Shown here one piece after another: positions 48,845 through 59,581 of a stretch of DNA of 64,000 nucleotides. Source of the DNA: Croceibacterium sp. (GTDB lineage Bacteria; Pseudomonadota; Alphaproteobacteria; Sphingomonadales; Sphingomonadaceae); NCBI GenBank assembly GCA_039920725.1, contig JBDSDC010000145.1:14080-78079 (forward strand). Direction: 5' to 3'. The notes under the pieces are model-generated. The model ran no database searches, was not told the DNA's origin, and worked only from the letters and a program-made list of their open reading frames with translations. Numbering within the stretch: position 1 is the stretch's first letter; every line of letters begins with the position of its first letter. A program made the position numbers and the translations under genes.

Positions 48845-48880
48845 CGCCGCCGGTCGATCAAGCGCGCGCGTTGGCCGAAA
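48845..48880 (-). promoter_or_regulatory. LytTR-type direct repeat pair (21-bp period)
   Basis: CGCCGGTCGAT (core 48853) and CGTTGGCCGAA (core 48874). Confidence 0.55.
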
Positions 48881-48882
48881 GC

Positions 48883-48910
48883 AAAAGGGCCGCCCCGTGC
48901 GGAGCGGCCC
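48883..48910 (-). terminator. Intrinsic terminator of carD
   Basis: Minus strand GGGCCGCTCC-GCAC-GGGGCGGCCC-TTTT. Confidence 0.85.
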
Positions 48911-48934
48911 CTTGAGTGCGCGAATACTCGAAGG

Positions 48935-49480
48935 TCAGGCTTCTTCGGGGGCCGCCGCCGCAGACTCGTAGTACTTCGGCGCGTGCGCCTTGAGCACATC
49001 GAGGATCTTGCCGAGCGCGGCCGGCTCGTCGGTCTTTTCCATCGCCGCCAGTTCGCGCGCGAGCCGGCTCGACGCGGCTTCGAAGATCTGCCGCTCGGAA
49101 TAGCTCTGCTCGGGCTGGTCCTCGGGGCGGAACAAGTCGCGCGTGACTTCGGCGATCGAAACCAGGTCGCCCGAGTTGATCTTGGCCTCGTACTCCTGCG
49201 CGCGGCGCGACCACATCGTGCGCTTGACCCGCGGCTTGCCCTTGAGCGTTTCCATCGCTTCCTTGAGCGTCTTGTCGCTCGACAGCTTGCGCATGCCGAT
49301 GGCTTCGACCTTGTTGACCGGGACGCGAAGCGTCATCCGCTCTTTCTCGAACCGCAGCACATAAAGTTCGAGCTTCATGCCGGCGATTTCCTCGCTCTGC
49401 AGCTCGACCACGCGGCCGACGCCGTGCTTGGGATAGACGACATAATCACCGACATCGAATGCGGGCGCGTTGGAAGCCAT
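48935..49480 (-). CDS. carD: CarD/CdnL transcription factor
   Basis: F.VGD.VVYP.HGVG; WSRRAQEY..KINSGD; SYSER. Confidence 0.94.
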   Translation of the reverse strand: MASNAPAFDVGDYVVYPKHGVGRVVELQSEEIAGMKLELYVLRFEKERMTLRVPVNKVEAIGMRKLSSDKTLKEAMETLKGKPRVKRTMWSRRAQEYEAKINSGDLVSIAEVTRDLFRPEDQPEQSYSERQIFEAASSRLARELAAMEKTDEPAALGKILDVLKAHAPKYYESAAAAPEEA

Positions 49481-49502
49481 GAATGATCCTTTTCTTTGGA
49501 AG

Positions 49503-49641
49503 CGGGTCGCGCGGGATGGCGTCAAGACACTGCCGGTCGCGCGATTGATCGGCGACCTGATCAGTTTCCGGTGACGCTGATGGGCGGGAACCTGCCTTCC
49601 TTGTCCGGTCGCCAGCCCCGGACAGGACCCCGCGATACCCG
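49503..49641 (-). ncRNA. Candidate multibranch 5' leader of carD
   Basis: Closing stem plus four to five internal hairpins (see findings). Confidence 0.45.
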
Positions 49642-49714
49642 GTGGACATAGCAGAGTTGTAATAAAAAAACCAGCCCCGGTCCGGACCTCCGCGCTTTGC
49701 GGCCCAAATTCGGC

Positions 49715-50056
49715 TCAGGCGTCGCCTTCGCCGGGCTCGGGCGTGAAGTACTGGTCGAACTTGCCGTCCTCGCCCTTGTGCTTGTCGGCGTCGGCCGGCG
49801 GGTCCTTCTTCTGCGTGATGTTGGGCCACTCGGCCGAGAACTGGGTGTTGAGCTCGAGCCACTTTTCCAGCCCGCCTTCGGTGTCGGGCAGGATCGCCTC
49901 GGCCGGGCACTCGGGCTCGCACACCCCGCAGTCGATGCATTCGGACGGGTTGATGACCAGCATCGTCTCGCCTTCGTAGAAGCAGTCGACCGGGCATACC
50001 TCGACGCAGTCGGTGTACTTGCACTTGATGCAAGCGTCGGTGACGACATAAGTCAT
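49715..50056 (-). CDS. fdxA: 7Fe ferredoxin FdxA
   Basis: [29 protein letters not shown]; [12 protein letters not shown]. Confidence 0.96.
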   Translation of the reverse strand: MTYVVTDACIKCKYTDCVEVCPVDCFYEGETMLVINPSECIDCGVCEPECPAEAILPDTEGGLEKWLELNTQFSAEWPNITQKKDPPADADKHKGEDGKFDQYFTPEPGEGDA

Positions 50057-50062
50057 GGCGGC

Positions 50063-50362
50063 TTAAATCCCTTCTGACGGCCCCTCAGCGCCGCCTATGG
50101 CTTTTGCGGCGCCACCGTCAAGCGCACGATAACAGGCCTGGGCTTCGGAAGCCGGGCCGCGCCGCCGCGGCAGCGCCACCAACTCGATCACCAGCACCCG
50201 GTTGGCGAGCGGGAGAGTCAGGATGTCGCCAGGCGCGACCGCCAGGTCCTGCCGCATCACCCGCGCGCCGTTGCGGCGGATATGCGCTTCGCCGATCCAG
50301 CGTTGCGCGGCGCCGCGCGTCTTGGCGAACCGCAAGTAATGCAGCAGCTTGTCGAGCCGCAT
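50063..50362 (-). CDS. hslR: S4-domain RNA-binding protein (Hsp15-like)
   Basis: MRLDK...RF.KTR; RRGPASEA..CY. Confidence 0.85.
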   Translation of the reverse strand: MRLDKLLHYLRFAKTRGAAQRWIGEAHIRRNGARVMRQDLAVAPGDILTLPLANRVLVIELVALPRRRGPASEAQACYRALDGGAAKAIGGAEGPSEGI

Positions 50363-50368
50363 GCTGGG

Positions 50369-52879
50369 CTAGCGCACCAGAGCCGCTAGCGCGGAAAACG
50401 CGCCGTCGGGGCGGGGCGGCGGTTGCGCGGGGCTTCCGGCCGGGGCGCGGCGGGGCGCGCGCCAGCTCCACGCCGCCGGCGCCGGGGGGCCGTATTGGCC
50501 GGGGCCGAGCGTCCGCCCGTCGGTCGCGCGGAATCCCGCCTCGCGCAGCAGCTTGCGGGCATTAGCCGCTGTCAGGCCCATCGATGTGGCGAGCGACGGA
50601 TCGAGCCGGAACGGCCGCCCGGCCCGAAGCGCGCGGGCGTCGAACGCGCTGCGAAACAGCTTTTCCGCCAGGTCGACCCGGATTGCCTGGGTGCCCGCGC
50701 GGCGGTAGCCTGCGGGAAGCGCGCCCGCCCCGTCGACTACGGGTTCCATGCCGGTTCTGAGCGGGCGGGGATCGGCCCCGATGGCGTGCAGCAGGCGGCG
50801 CGCAGCGGGCTTAAGCAATGCGGGAACGAACACGTCGAGCGCGCCGATAATGACGCCAAGGCGGCGCAGCAAAGGCCGCTTTTCCTTGGGGATCAGCGCC
50901 AGTCCGGCGGTGTCGCGGGGTATCGCGCCCGAGCCGCCGGCAAGCGTCAGCAACAGCGCCCGCACCTCGCTGCCTAGCGACAGGTCCTGCGCCGCCGCTT
51001 CGAGCGCGCGCAGCGGCGCGAGCGGCGCGAGTTCGCTCTCGAGCCACAGGTCGAGGGCCTCGACCAACCGCGCCTGTTCCGCCCTGGCCAGCGCCCCGAG
51101 TTCGCCCGCCAGCGTGACCCGCGGCCGGCTGGCACTGCGGCCGGCTGCGAGTCGGGCCACGGTTCGCCCGCCCTGCCAGATGTCGCTCGCCGCGATCGTC
51201 AGTTCGCCCAGCTCGTCATGGACCAGTGCCCGAGCGCGCGCCGCGAGCAAGCCGGGCAGGTGCTTTTCAGCCGCCGCCATCAACAGGCGCCGGTCTTCGT
51301 GGCTTGCTGCCGGATCGACCACGAAGCGGAACCCGTCCAGGTGGCCAATCGCATGATCTTCCACCAGCACGCGGCCCGCCGGGTCGAGCGTCACGCGCAG
51401 CAGCCCGGCATCCTTGCCCAGCCCGCGCATCAGCACCGCGGTGCGGCGATTGACGAAGCGTTCCGTCAGCCGCTGGTGCAGCGCGTCGGACAGCCGCGCT
51501 TCGGCGGCGCGGGCCCGCGCGCCCATCTCGTCGCGGGCCAGCACCCAGTCGGGGCGCTGGCAGATATAAGCCCAACTGCGGATTGCCGCGATCCGGCCCT
51601 GCAGCGCGTCGATATCGCCTTCGGTTCGGCTCAGCTCGGCGATCCGCGCGGCGACGAAGTCGGCGCCGATGTGCCCGCCGCGCAAGTCCTCCCACAACCG
51701 GGCGACGAACCGGGCGTGCGTGTCTGCCCCCTGCTGGCGGAAGTCGGGCAGCTGGCACGCGTCCCAGAACCGCCGCACCTGGCCCGCGCCGATGACACCT
51801 TCGAACAGCACGGGATCGGCGGTCAGGCGGCGCAAGACCGCCAGGTCGATCGCCTCGGGCGCGGGCGCCAATTGGTCGCTGTCCGGCTTGGCTTCGAGGT
51901 CGGCCAGCAACGTCGCCAGGCTGCCCAGCCGCGGCTCGGCCTCGCGCCAGAACAGCTTGGTCAATGGAGCGAAGCGGTGCTGCTCGATGGCATAGACTTC
52001 GTCATCGGTGAACGCGAGCGCCTCGCCGCTCCGCCCGCCGCCGAGCGTGCCGAACGTGCCGTCCTGATGGTGGCGTCCTGCGCGGCCGGCGATCTGGGCC
52101 ATTTCGGCCGGGGTCAGGCGGCGCTGGCGCACGCCGTCGAACTTGCTCAGCGAGGCGAAGGCGACGTGGGTGACGTCAAGATTCAGCCCCATGCCGATGG
52201 CGTCGGTGGCGACGATGTAGTCGACCTCGCCCGACTGGAACAAGGCCACCTGGCGGTTGCGCGTCTCGGGGCTGAGCGCGCCCATCACCACTGCCGCCCC
52301 GCCGCGGAACCGGCGCAGCATCTCCGCCACCTGATACACCTGCTCGACCGAAAACGCGACCACCGCCGAGCGCGGCGGCAACCGGCTGAGCTTGCATGAC
52401 CCGGCATGCGAGAGGGTCGAAAAGCGCGGCCGTTGGTCGATCGAAATGCGCGGGAACAGCGCCCGCACCACCGGCGCGAGCGTGGCCGAGCCGAGCAGCA
52501 TCGTCTCCTCGCGCCCCCTGGCATGGAGCAGACGGTCGGTGAAGATATGCCCGCGCTCGCGGTCGGCGGCGAGCTGGGCCTCGTCGAGCGCGACGAACGC
52601 GAGCTCGCCGCTCGTTCGCGGCATCGCTTCGGCTGTGCACAGGAAATAGCGTGCGGTGGGCGGTTCGATCCGCTCCTCGCCGGTGATCAGCGCGACCTGG
52701 CTGTCGCCCTTGAGCGCGCGGACCCGGTCATAGACTTCGCGCGCCAGCAGCCGCAGCGGAAACCCGATCGCGCCGCTCGAATGGCCGCACATCCGCTCGA
52801 TCGCGAGGTGCGTCTTGCCGGTGTTGGTCGGCCCGAGCACGGCGCGCAGCCGGCCGTCGGTGCGGGAGGACGTGATCAC
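50369..52879 (-). CDS. SUV3-like SF2 helicase
   Basis: LGPTNTGKTH; PLRLLARE; DEAQ; ATDAIGMGLN; QIAGRAGR; GTG start uncertain. Confidence 0.9.
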   Translation of the reverse strand: MITSSRTDGRLRAVLGPTNTGKTHLAIERMCGHSSGAIGFPLRLLAREVYDRVRALKGDSQVALITGEERIEPPTARYFLCTAEAMPRTSGELAFVALDEAQLAADRERGHIFTDRLLHARGREETMLLGSATLAPVVRALFPRISIDQRPRFSTLSHAGSCKLSRLPPRSAVVAFSVEQVYQVAEMLRRFRGGAAVVMGALSPETRNRQVALFQSGEVDYIVATDAIGMGLNLDVTHVAFASLSKFDGVRQRRLTPAEMAQIAGRAGRHHQDGTFGTLGGGRSGEALAFTDDEVYAIEQHRFAPLTKLFWREAEPRLGSLATLLADLEAKPDSDQLAPAPEAIDLAVLRRLTADPVLFEGVIGAGQVRRFWDACQLPDFRQQGADTHARFVARLWEDLRGGHIGADFVAARIAELSRTEGDIDALQGRIAAIRSWAYICQRPDWVLARDEMGARARAAEARLSDALHQRLTERFVNRRTAVLMRGLGKDAGLLRVTLDPAGRVLVEDHAIGHLDGFRFVVDPAASHEDRRLLMAAAEKHLPGLLAARARALVHDELGELTIAASDIWQGGRTVARLAAGRSASRPRVTLAGELGALARAEQARLVEALDLWLESELAPLAPLRALEAAAQDLSLGSEVRALLLTLAGGSGAIPRDTAGLALIPKEKRPLLRRLGVIIGALDVFVPALLKPAARRLLHAIGADPRPLRTGMEPVVDGAGALPAGYRRAGTQAIRVDLAEKLFRSAFDARALRAGRPFRLDPSLATSMGLTAANARKLLREAGFRATDGRTLGPGQYGPPAPAAWSWRAPRRAPAGSPAQPPPRPDGAFSALAALVR

Positions 52880-52974
52880 GGTCCCGCGAATGTGGCCGCC
52901 CAGGCGGGTAGCTGCAAGCCAAGTTGCGGCTCCCGCTGCGAAAAACAGCGCGCCACGTCGCAACTCGGACGCCC

Positions 52975-52992
52975 GGTTTATCGTAAATTAAC
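52975..52992. promoter_or_regulatory. CtrA-like box upstream of the M23 peptidase
   Basis: TTTA-N7-TTAAC at 52977-52992. Confidence 0.55.
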
Positions 52993-53093
52993 GTTGTATC
53001 GGCAGTGAGTTGGGACACGGGCCACTTGGGATCGGCCGCGAGAACCAGCGCGATGGATCGCCCGGACTTGCTCGTTGGCCATAGGAGGCGGGT

Positions 53094-54710
53094 TTGTTCA
53101 AGGATCGGGCGAACGACGCGATCGAGGTCGCAGGCGGCGGGAATTTCCCGCCCGTCTACTCGTCGCGCGCCCAGATCGTCGAACCGCCCGTCACGCCGGT
53201 TCGGCTCGTCCGCTTCGGCACCTGGCGCGAACGGCTCGGCGGGTGGGGGCGGCTTGCCTCGGCACGCCTTGCCGCGATCGACGTGTGTCCGGACTTGGCC
53301 GTGGACATCGGCTCGAAGCGGTGGCTGCGCGGGCTAGCGACGTTCGCCGGACTCTCCGCGCTCGCGCTCAGCGGCTGGCCCGACTTTGCCCCGCTGCAGG
53401 CCGCCCCGGCCATGCGCATAGACGTATCAACGCGCGAGGAATTTCGCGGCCAGATGATCATGCCACTGGCGCTTGGCGGCGACAGCGGCCGCCGGATGGG
53501 AGCGACCGCGCTGGTAGCCCCGCTGCGCAATGTGCCGGACCGGCCGCGCCTCGAGCTCGAGGCCACGCTCGCCCAGGGCGACAGCTTCGGGCGGATGCTC
53601 GAACGGGCGGGCGTCGGCGGGGCGGAAGCGGATCTGATCGCTTCGATGGTCGGCAGCGAAATGCCGCTGGCCGAGATCGCGCCCGGCACCAAGATCGACC
53701 TGACGCTGGGCCGCCGACCCGCACCCGGAGCTCCGCGCCCGGTGGATGCGCTGTCATTTCGCGCCCGTTTCGACCTGCAGCTCGCGGTCGAGCGGCACGG
53801 CGGACGCCTGACGCTCGACCCGCGGCCGATCAAGGTCGACGGCACGCCGCTGCGCATTCGCGGGATGGTCGGCCCCAGCCTCTATCGCTCCGCGCGTGCG
53901 GCCGGGGCTCCGGCCAACGCGGTGCAGCAGTATCTCCGCGCCCTGAGCGCCGATCTGGACATGGACAGCGGGATCGCCGCGGGCGACGAATTCGACTTGG
54001 TGGTCGAATACAAGCGCGCCGCCACCGGCGAGGTGGAAGCCGGCAAGCTGCTTTATGCCGGGCTGCTGAGCCCCGACGGCAAGCCGCGCAAGCAATTGCT
54101 CCGGTGGGGGAACGACGGCCGCTTCTTCGAGGCGTCGGGCGTCGGCGAGATGCAATCGGGGATGGTCTCGCCGGTTGCCGGCCACATCACTTCCACCTTC
54201 GGCATGCGCCGCCACCCGATCCTCGGCTACACCCGGCTCCACGCGGGGATCGACTTCGGCGCGCAATATGGCTCGCCCATCTACGCGGTTACCGACGGTA
54301 CGGTGCAGTATGCCGGCTGGCACGGCGGGCACGGCAACTTCGTCAAGCTCGATCACGGCGGCGGGCTCGGCACCGGTTATGGTCACATGAGCCGGATCGC
54401 GGTCAGCCCGGGCATGCGGGTGCGCCGCGGGCAGGTGATCGGCTATGTCGGTTCCACCGGGCTGTCGACCGGGCCGCACCTCCATTACGAAGTCTATCGC
54501 GGCGGTGTGCCGGTCAATCCCGCTGGCCTGACCTTCGCCACGCGCTCCGAGCTCGAGGGCAAGGAGCTGGCCGCCTTTCGGGCCCGGCTGACGGATCTCA
54601 AGCGGATCGCTCCCGGCGCGGCGCTGACCCCGCTGACCGCCGCAACCGCCGACGCGCGCGGCCCGGTGCGCGAGATCGACCGGCTCGACACGGCCGCCAT
54701 CCGCGGCTGA
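53094..54710 (+). CDS. M23-family peptidoglycan endopeptidase
   Basis: AGGAGG SD before TTG; one TM; FGMRRHPI, HAGIDF, YGHM, STGPHLHYE. Confidence 0.93.
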   Translation: MFKDRANDAIEVAGGGNFPPVYSSRAQIVEPPVTPVRLVRFGTWRERLGGWGRLASARLAAIDVCPDLAVDIGSKRWLRGLATFAGLSALALSGWPDFAPLQAAPAMRIDVSTREEFRGQMIMPLALGGDSGRRMGATALVAPLRNVPDRPRLELEATLAQGDSFGRMLERAGVGGAEADLIASMVGSEMPLAEIAPGTKIDLTLGRRPAPGAPRPVDALSFRARFDLQLAVERHGGRLTLDPRPIKVDGTPLRIRGMVGPSLYRSARAAGAPANAVQQYLRALSADLDMDSGIAAGDEFDLVVEYKRAATGEVEAGKLLYAGLLSPDGKPRKQLLRWGNDGRFFEASGVGEMQSGMVSPVAGHITSTFGMRRHPILGYTRLHAGIDFGAQYGSPIYAVTDGTVQYAGWHGGHGNFVKLDHGGGLGTGYGHMSRIAVSPGMRVRRGQVIGYVGSTGLSTGPHLHYEVYRGGVPVNPAGLTFATRSELEGKELAAFRARLTDLKRIAPGAALTPLTAATADARGPVREIDRLDTAAIRG

Positions 54711-56300
<1,590 letters not shown>

Positions 56301-56304
<4 letters not shown>

Positions 56305-56870
56305 CCGCCCGCTTCCCGTGGGCGACGATCCTGCCGTTCGAGGGCAAGGAGCCGCAGATCCACCCAACCGCCTTCATCGCGCCCGGTGCGCGGATCATCG
56401 GCGATGTGACGATCGGGGCCGAGGCGAGCATTTGGTACAACTGCGTGCTGCGCGGCGACATCCACCGGATCGAGGTCGGGGCGCGCTCTAATGTGCAGGA
56501 CGGAAGCGTGTTCCATGTCGAGGGTCCGCGGCCTGACACCGAGGGCCTCCCGACGATAATCGGCGAGGACTGCGTGATCGGGCACATGGCGGTGGTCCAC
56601 GGGGCAGTGCTGGCGGACCGGGCGTTTGTCGGCATGGGCGCGCTGGCGATGGACGATTGCCGGATCGGCGAAGGCGCGATGCTCGCGGCCGGCGCGCTGC
56701 TCAGTCCCGGCAAGGCCATTCCCGCAGGCGAGGTATGGGTTGGCCGGCCCGCGAAATTCCTCCGCGCGCAGACTCCCGAGCAGATCGAGAAAATCCGCTT
56801 CCAGACCGAGCGCTATTGCCGGCTGGCCCAGCGCCACCTCGCCGAATTGCAACGCCAATGGGGGCTTTGA
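56301..56870 (+). CDS. Gamma carbonic anhydrase-family protein
   Basis: IIGDV.IG; VLRGD; NVQDG..H; IGH...HG hexapeptide repeats. Confidence 0.92.
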
Positions 56871-56902
56871 CGACGTCACGGCGGCGCAAGTAGGGTGCGC
56901 GG

Positions 56903-58498
56903 TCAATCCCTGATCAAGCCGCGCACGGTCTCCATCCGATCGGCCTCGTGCGCCGGCTTGTCCCACCGGATCCGGCTGATCCGCGGGAAGCGCATCGCCA
57001 CGCCCGACTTGTGCCGTTTGCTGGCATGGATTGAATCGAACGCCACTTCGAACACCAGGCTGCGGTCCGTCTCGCGCACCGGGCCGAAGCGGTTGACGGT
57101 GTGGTTGCGGACATGGCGGTCGAGCTGCTTCAGCTCGTCGTCGGTGAACCCAAAGTACGCCTTGCCCACCGGCAGCAGCTCGGCGCCCTGATCGGGATCG
57201 CCGTCCCAGCACCCGAATGTGTAGTCCGAATAGAAGCTCGACCGTTTGCCGCTGCCGCGCTGGGCGTACATCAGGACGCAATCGACCAGCAGCGGGTCGC
57301 GCTTCCACTTGTACCACAGGCCCGTGCGGCGCCCGGCGATATAGGGCGAATCGCGGCGCTTGAGCATCAGGCCCTCGATCGCCTCGTCGCGCGCGCCGGC
57401 GCGGATTTCGCCGAGCTGCTCGAAGTGCTCGGCCTCGACGACGGCCGAGAGGTCGAAGCGCTCGGCGGGCAGCCGCGGCATCAGCGCTTCCAGCCGCCGG
57501 CGGCGCTCCTCCCACGGCAGCGCGCGCAAGTCCTCGCCCTCCAAGATCAGCACGTCATAAAGCCGCACGAACGCGGGGTAGTCACGCAGCATGGCCTTGC
57601 TCACGGTCTTGCGCCCGAGACGCTGCTGGAGCGCGTTGAAGCTGGCCGCGCCGCCGCTCTCGCCGCCCTGGTGGGTGCCGCGCACTAGCAGTTCGCCGTC
57701 GAGCACCGCGGGAATATTCAGTGCGCCTGCCATTTCCGGAAAGGTGCCGGTCACGTCGTCACCCGAGCGCGAATAGAGCCGCGTTTCGCCGCCGGCGTGG
57801 ACAAGTTGAACCCGGATGCCGTCCCATTTCCACTCGGCCACGTAGTCGGTGAGATCGAGGACCGCGTCCTCAAGCGGATGCGCGAGCATGAACGGGCGGA
57901 ACAGCGGCATCGCTTCGGTGTCGGGCGGCGGCGCGCCGCCCGCCGCCCACGCGAACAGCGCCTCGTAGGGCGGTGCGAGCGCGTGCCAGTACTCCTCGAC
58001 GTCCTCGACGTTGACCGCGAACGCCTGCGCGAACGCGGTCTTGGCGAGGCGCGCGGAAATGCCCACGCGCATCGCTCCGGTGGCCAGCTTGAGCAGCGCA
58101 TAGCGGCCATCGGCGTCGAGCCGGTCGAGCAGCCGCGGCAATTCGGTCATTACCGAAATGCGGGTCATTTTACCAAGTAAGTCAACCGCTTCGCTCATCG
58201 TGGGCGGCGCCATGACGTCACCGGCGGGCTCTGGCCACAGCAAGCTTGCCGTCTCCGCGGTGTCGCCGACAAAGTCGCGGCTCAGCGACCACAACACAGG
58301 GTCGACCCGCTCGAACATGAGGTTGCGGATGGTGCTTGCCTTGACCGCGGGAAAGCTCAGGCAATCGGTCAGCGCCGCCAGCGCCCAGCCGCGATCCGGG
58401 TCGGGCGTGGCGCGCAAATAATCGGCGATCAAAGTCAGCTTGCCGTTGCGGCTCCGGGTGTAGACCAGGCCATCGACCAGGGCGGCAAAGCGCTCCAC
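56903..58498 (-). CDS. ATP-dependent DNA ligase (DNA-damage-response cluster type)
   Basis: EWKWDGIR; LDGE; EGLMLK; WYKWK; SDYTF; MRFPR; GTG start 58498. Confidence 0.93.
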   Translation of the reverse strand: MERFAALVDGLVYTRSRNGKLTLIADYLRATPDPDRGWALAALTDCLSFPAVKASTIRNLMFERVDPVLWSLSRDFVGDTAETASLLWPEPAGDVMAPPTMSEAVDLLGKMTRISVMTELPRLLDRLDADGRYALLKLATGAMRVGISARLAKTAFAQAFAVNVEDVEEYWHALAPPYEALFAWAAGGAPPPDTEAMPLFRPFMLAHPLEDAVLDLTDYVAEWKWDGIRVQLVHAGGETRLYSRSGDDVTGTFPEMAGALNIPAVLDGELLVRGTHQGGESGGAASFNALQQRLGRKTVSKAMLRDYPAFVRLYDVLILEGEDLRALPWEERRRRLEALMPRLPAERFDLSAVVEAEHFEQLGEIRAGARDEAIEGLMLKRRDSPYIAGRRTGLWYKWKRDPLLVDCVLMYAQRGSGKRSSFYSDYTFGCWDGDPDQGAELLPVGKAYFGFTDDELKQLDRHVRNHTVNRFGPVRETDRSLVFEVAFDSIHASKRHKSGVAMRFPRISRIRWDKPAHEADRMETVRGLIRD

Positions 58499-58499
58499 C

Positions 58500-59504
58500 T
58501 CAGTCGTCCTCATCTTCGTAGCCGACCAGTGCCAGCGCGCGGGCGCGGCGCTGGTGGAGCTGGCACCACCGCAGCAGCGCTTCCTCTCGCCCGTGCGTGA
58601 TCCACGTTTCGGCCGGGTTCACCTCTTCGATCGTGCGGGTCAGCTCGCGCCAGTCGGCGTGGTCGGAAATCACCAGCGGCAGCTCGACGTTCTGTTGGCG
58701 GGCGCGCTGGCGCACGCGCATCCACCCGCTCGCCATCGCCGTTATGGGATCCGGCAGGCGCCGGCTCCAGCGGTCGTTGAGCGCGCCCGGTGGGCACACC
58801 ACGATCGTGCCGCGCAGCTCGTCCTTCTTGGCGCCCGTGGCGCCGCGCAGCTCGCCCAGATCGACCCCGAAGGCCTGGTAGAGCTGGCACATCCGCTCCA
58901 TGGCGCCGTGAATGTAAATGGCGTCATGATGCCCCGCGCGGCGCAGCTCGGCGATCACCCGCTGCGCCTTGCCCAGCGCATAAGCGCCGACCAGCACGCA
59001 GCGATCCGGATTGGCTGCCAGGCGCTCGCGCAGCTTGGCGATCTCGTGCTCGATCGGCGGGTGCACGAACAGCGGAAGGCCGAAGGTCGCCTCGGTGATG
59101 AATACGTCGCACGGGGTGACTTCGAACGGCGGGCAGGTCGGATCGGGGCGGCGCTTGTAGTCGCCGGTGACGATCACCCGCTCGCCGGCGTGCTCGAGCA
59201 GGATCTGCGCCGAGCCGAGCACATGGCCCGCGGGGATGAATGTCGCGTCGACTGCGCCGGGCAGGCGCAAAGTCTCGCCGTACGCGGCCGGCACCGCGCC
59301 TTCGCGGGTCTGGTAGCGTAGCTCCATGATCGCCAGGGTCGCGGGCGTGGCGAAGGTCCGGCCATGCCCGCCGCGCGCGTGGTCGGCGTGGCCGTGGGTC
59401 ACCAGCGCGTGCGTGACCGGCTGCGAGGGATCGATCCAGCAGTCGGCCGGAACCACATGAATGCCGTGCGGTTCGGCTCGGATCCACGCGAAAGGGGCGC
59501 TCAT
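58500..59504 (-). CDS. Ligase-associated metallo-beta-lactamase-fold exonuclease
   Basis: THGHADH; AGHVLGS; TGDYK; EATFG; YALGKAQR; SDHADW; THG. Confidence 0.93.
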   Translation of the reverse strand: MSAPFAWIRAEPHGIHVVPADCWIDPSQPVTHALVTHGHADHARGGHGRTFATPATLAIMELRYQTREGAVPAAYGETLRLPGAVDATFIPAGHVLGSAQILLEHAGERVIVTGDYKRRPDPTCPPFEVTPCDVFITEATFGLPLFVHPPIEHEIAKLRERLAANPDRCVLVGAYALGKAQRVIAELRRAGHHDAIYIHGAMERMCQLYQAFGVDLGELRGATGAKKDELRGTIVVCPPGALNDRWSRRLPDPITAMASGWMRVRQRARQQNVELPLVISDHADWRELTRTIEEVNPAETWITHGREEALLRWCQLHQRRARALALVGYEDEDD

Positions 59505-59511
59505 GGATACG

Positions 59512-59543
59512 AAAATGGGCGGAACCGCTTAGCAGTTCCACCC
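59512..59543 (-). terminator. clpA terminator hairpin overlapping an EcfG-like promoter
   Basis: Minus strand GGGTGGAACTGC-TAA-GCGGTTCCGCCC-ATTTT; contains GGAAC-N17-CATT. Confidence 0.6.
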
Positions 59544-59581
59544 ACTTCGTTGTTACCGTCTTCCGCGGAAGGCCGGGGCGG

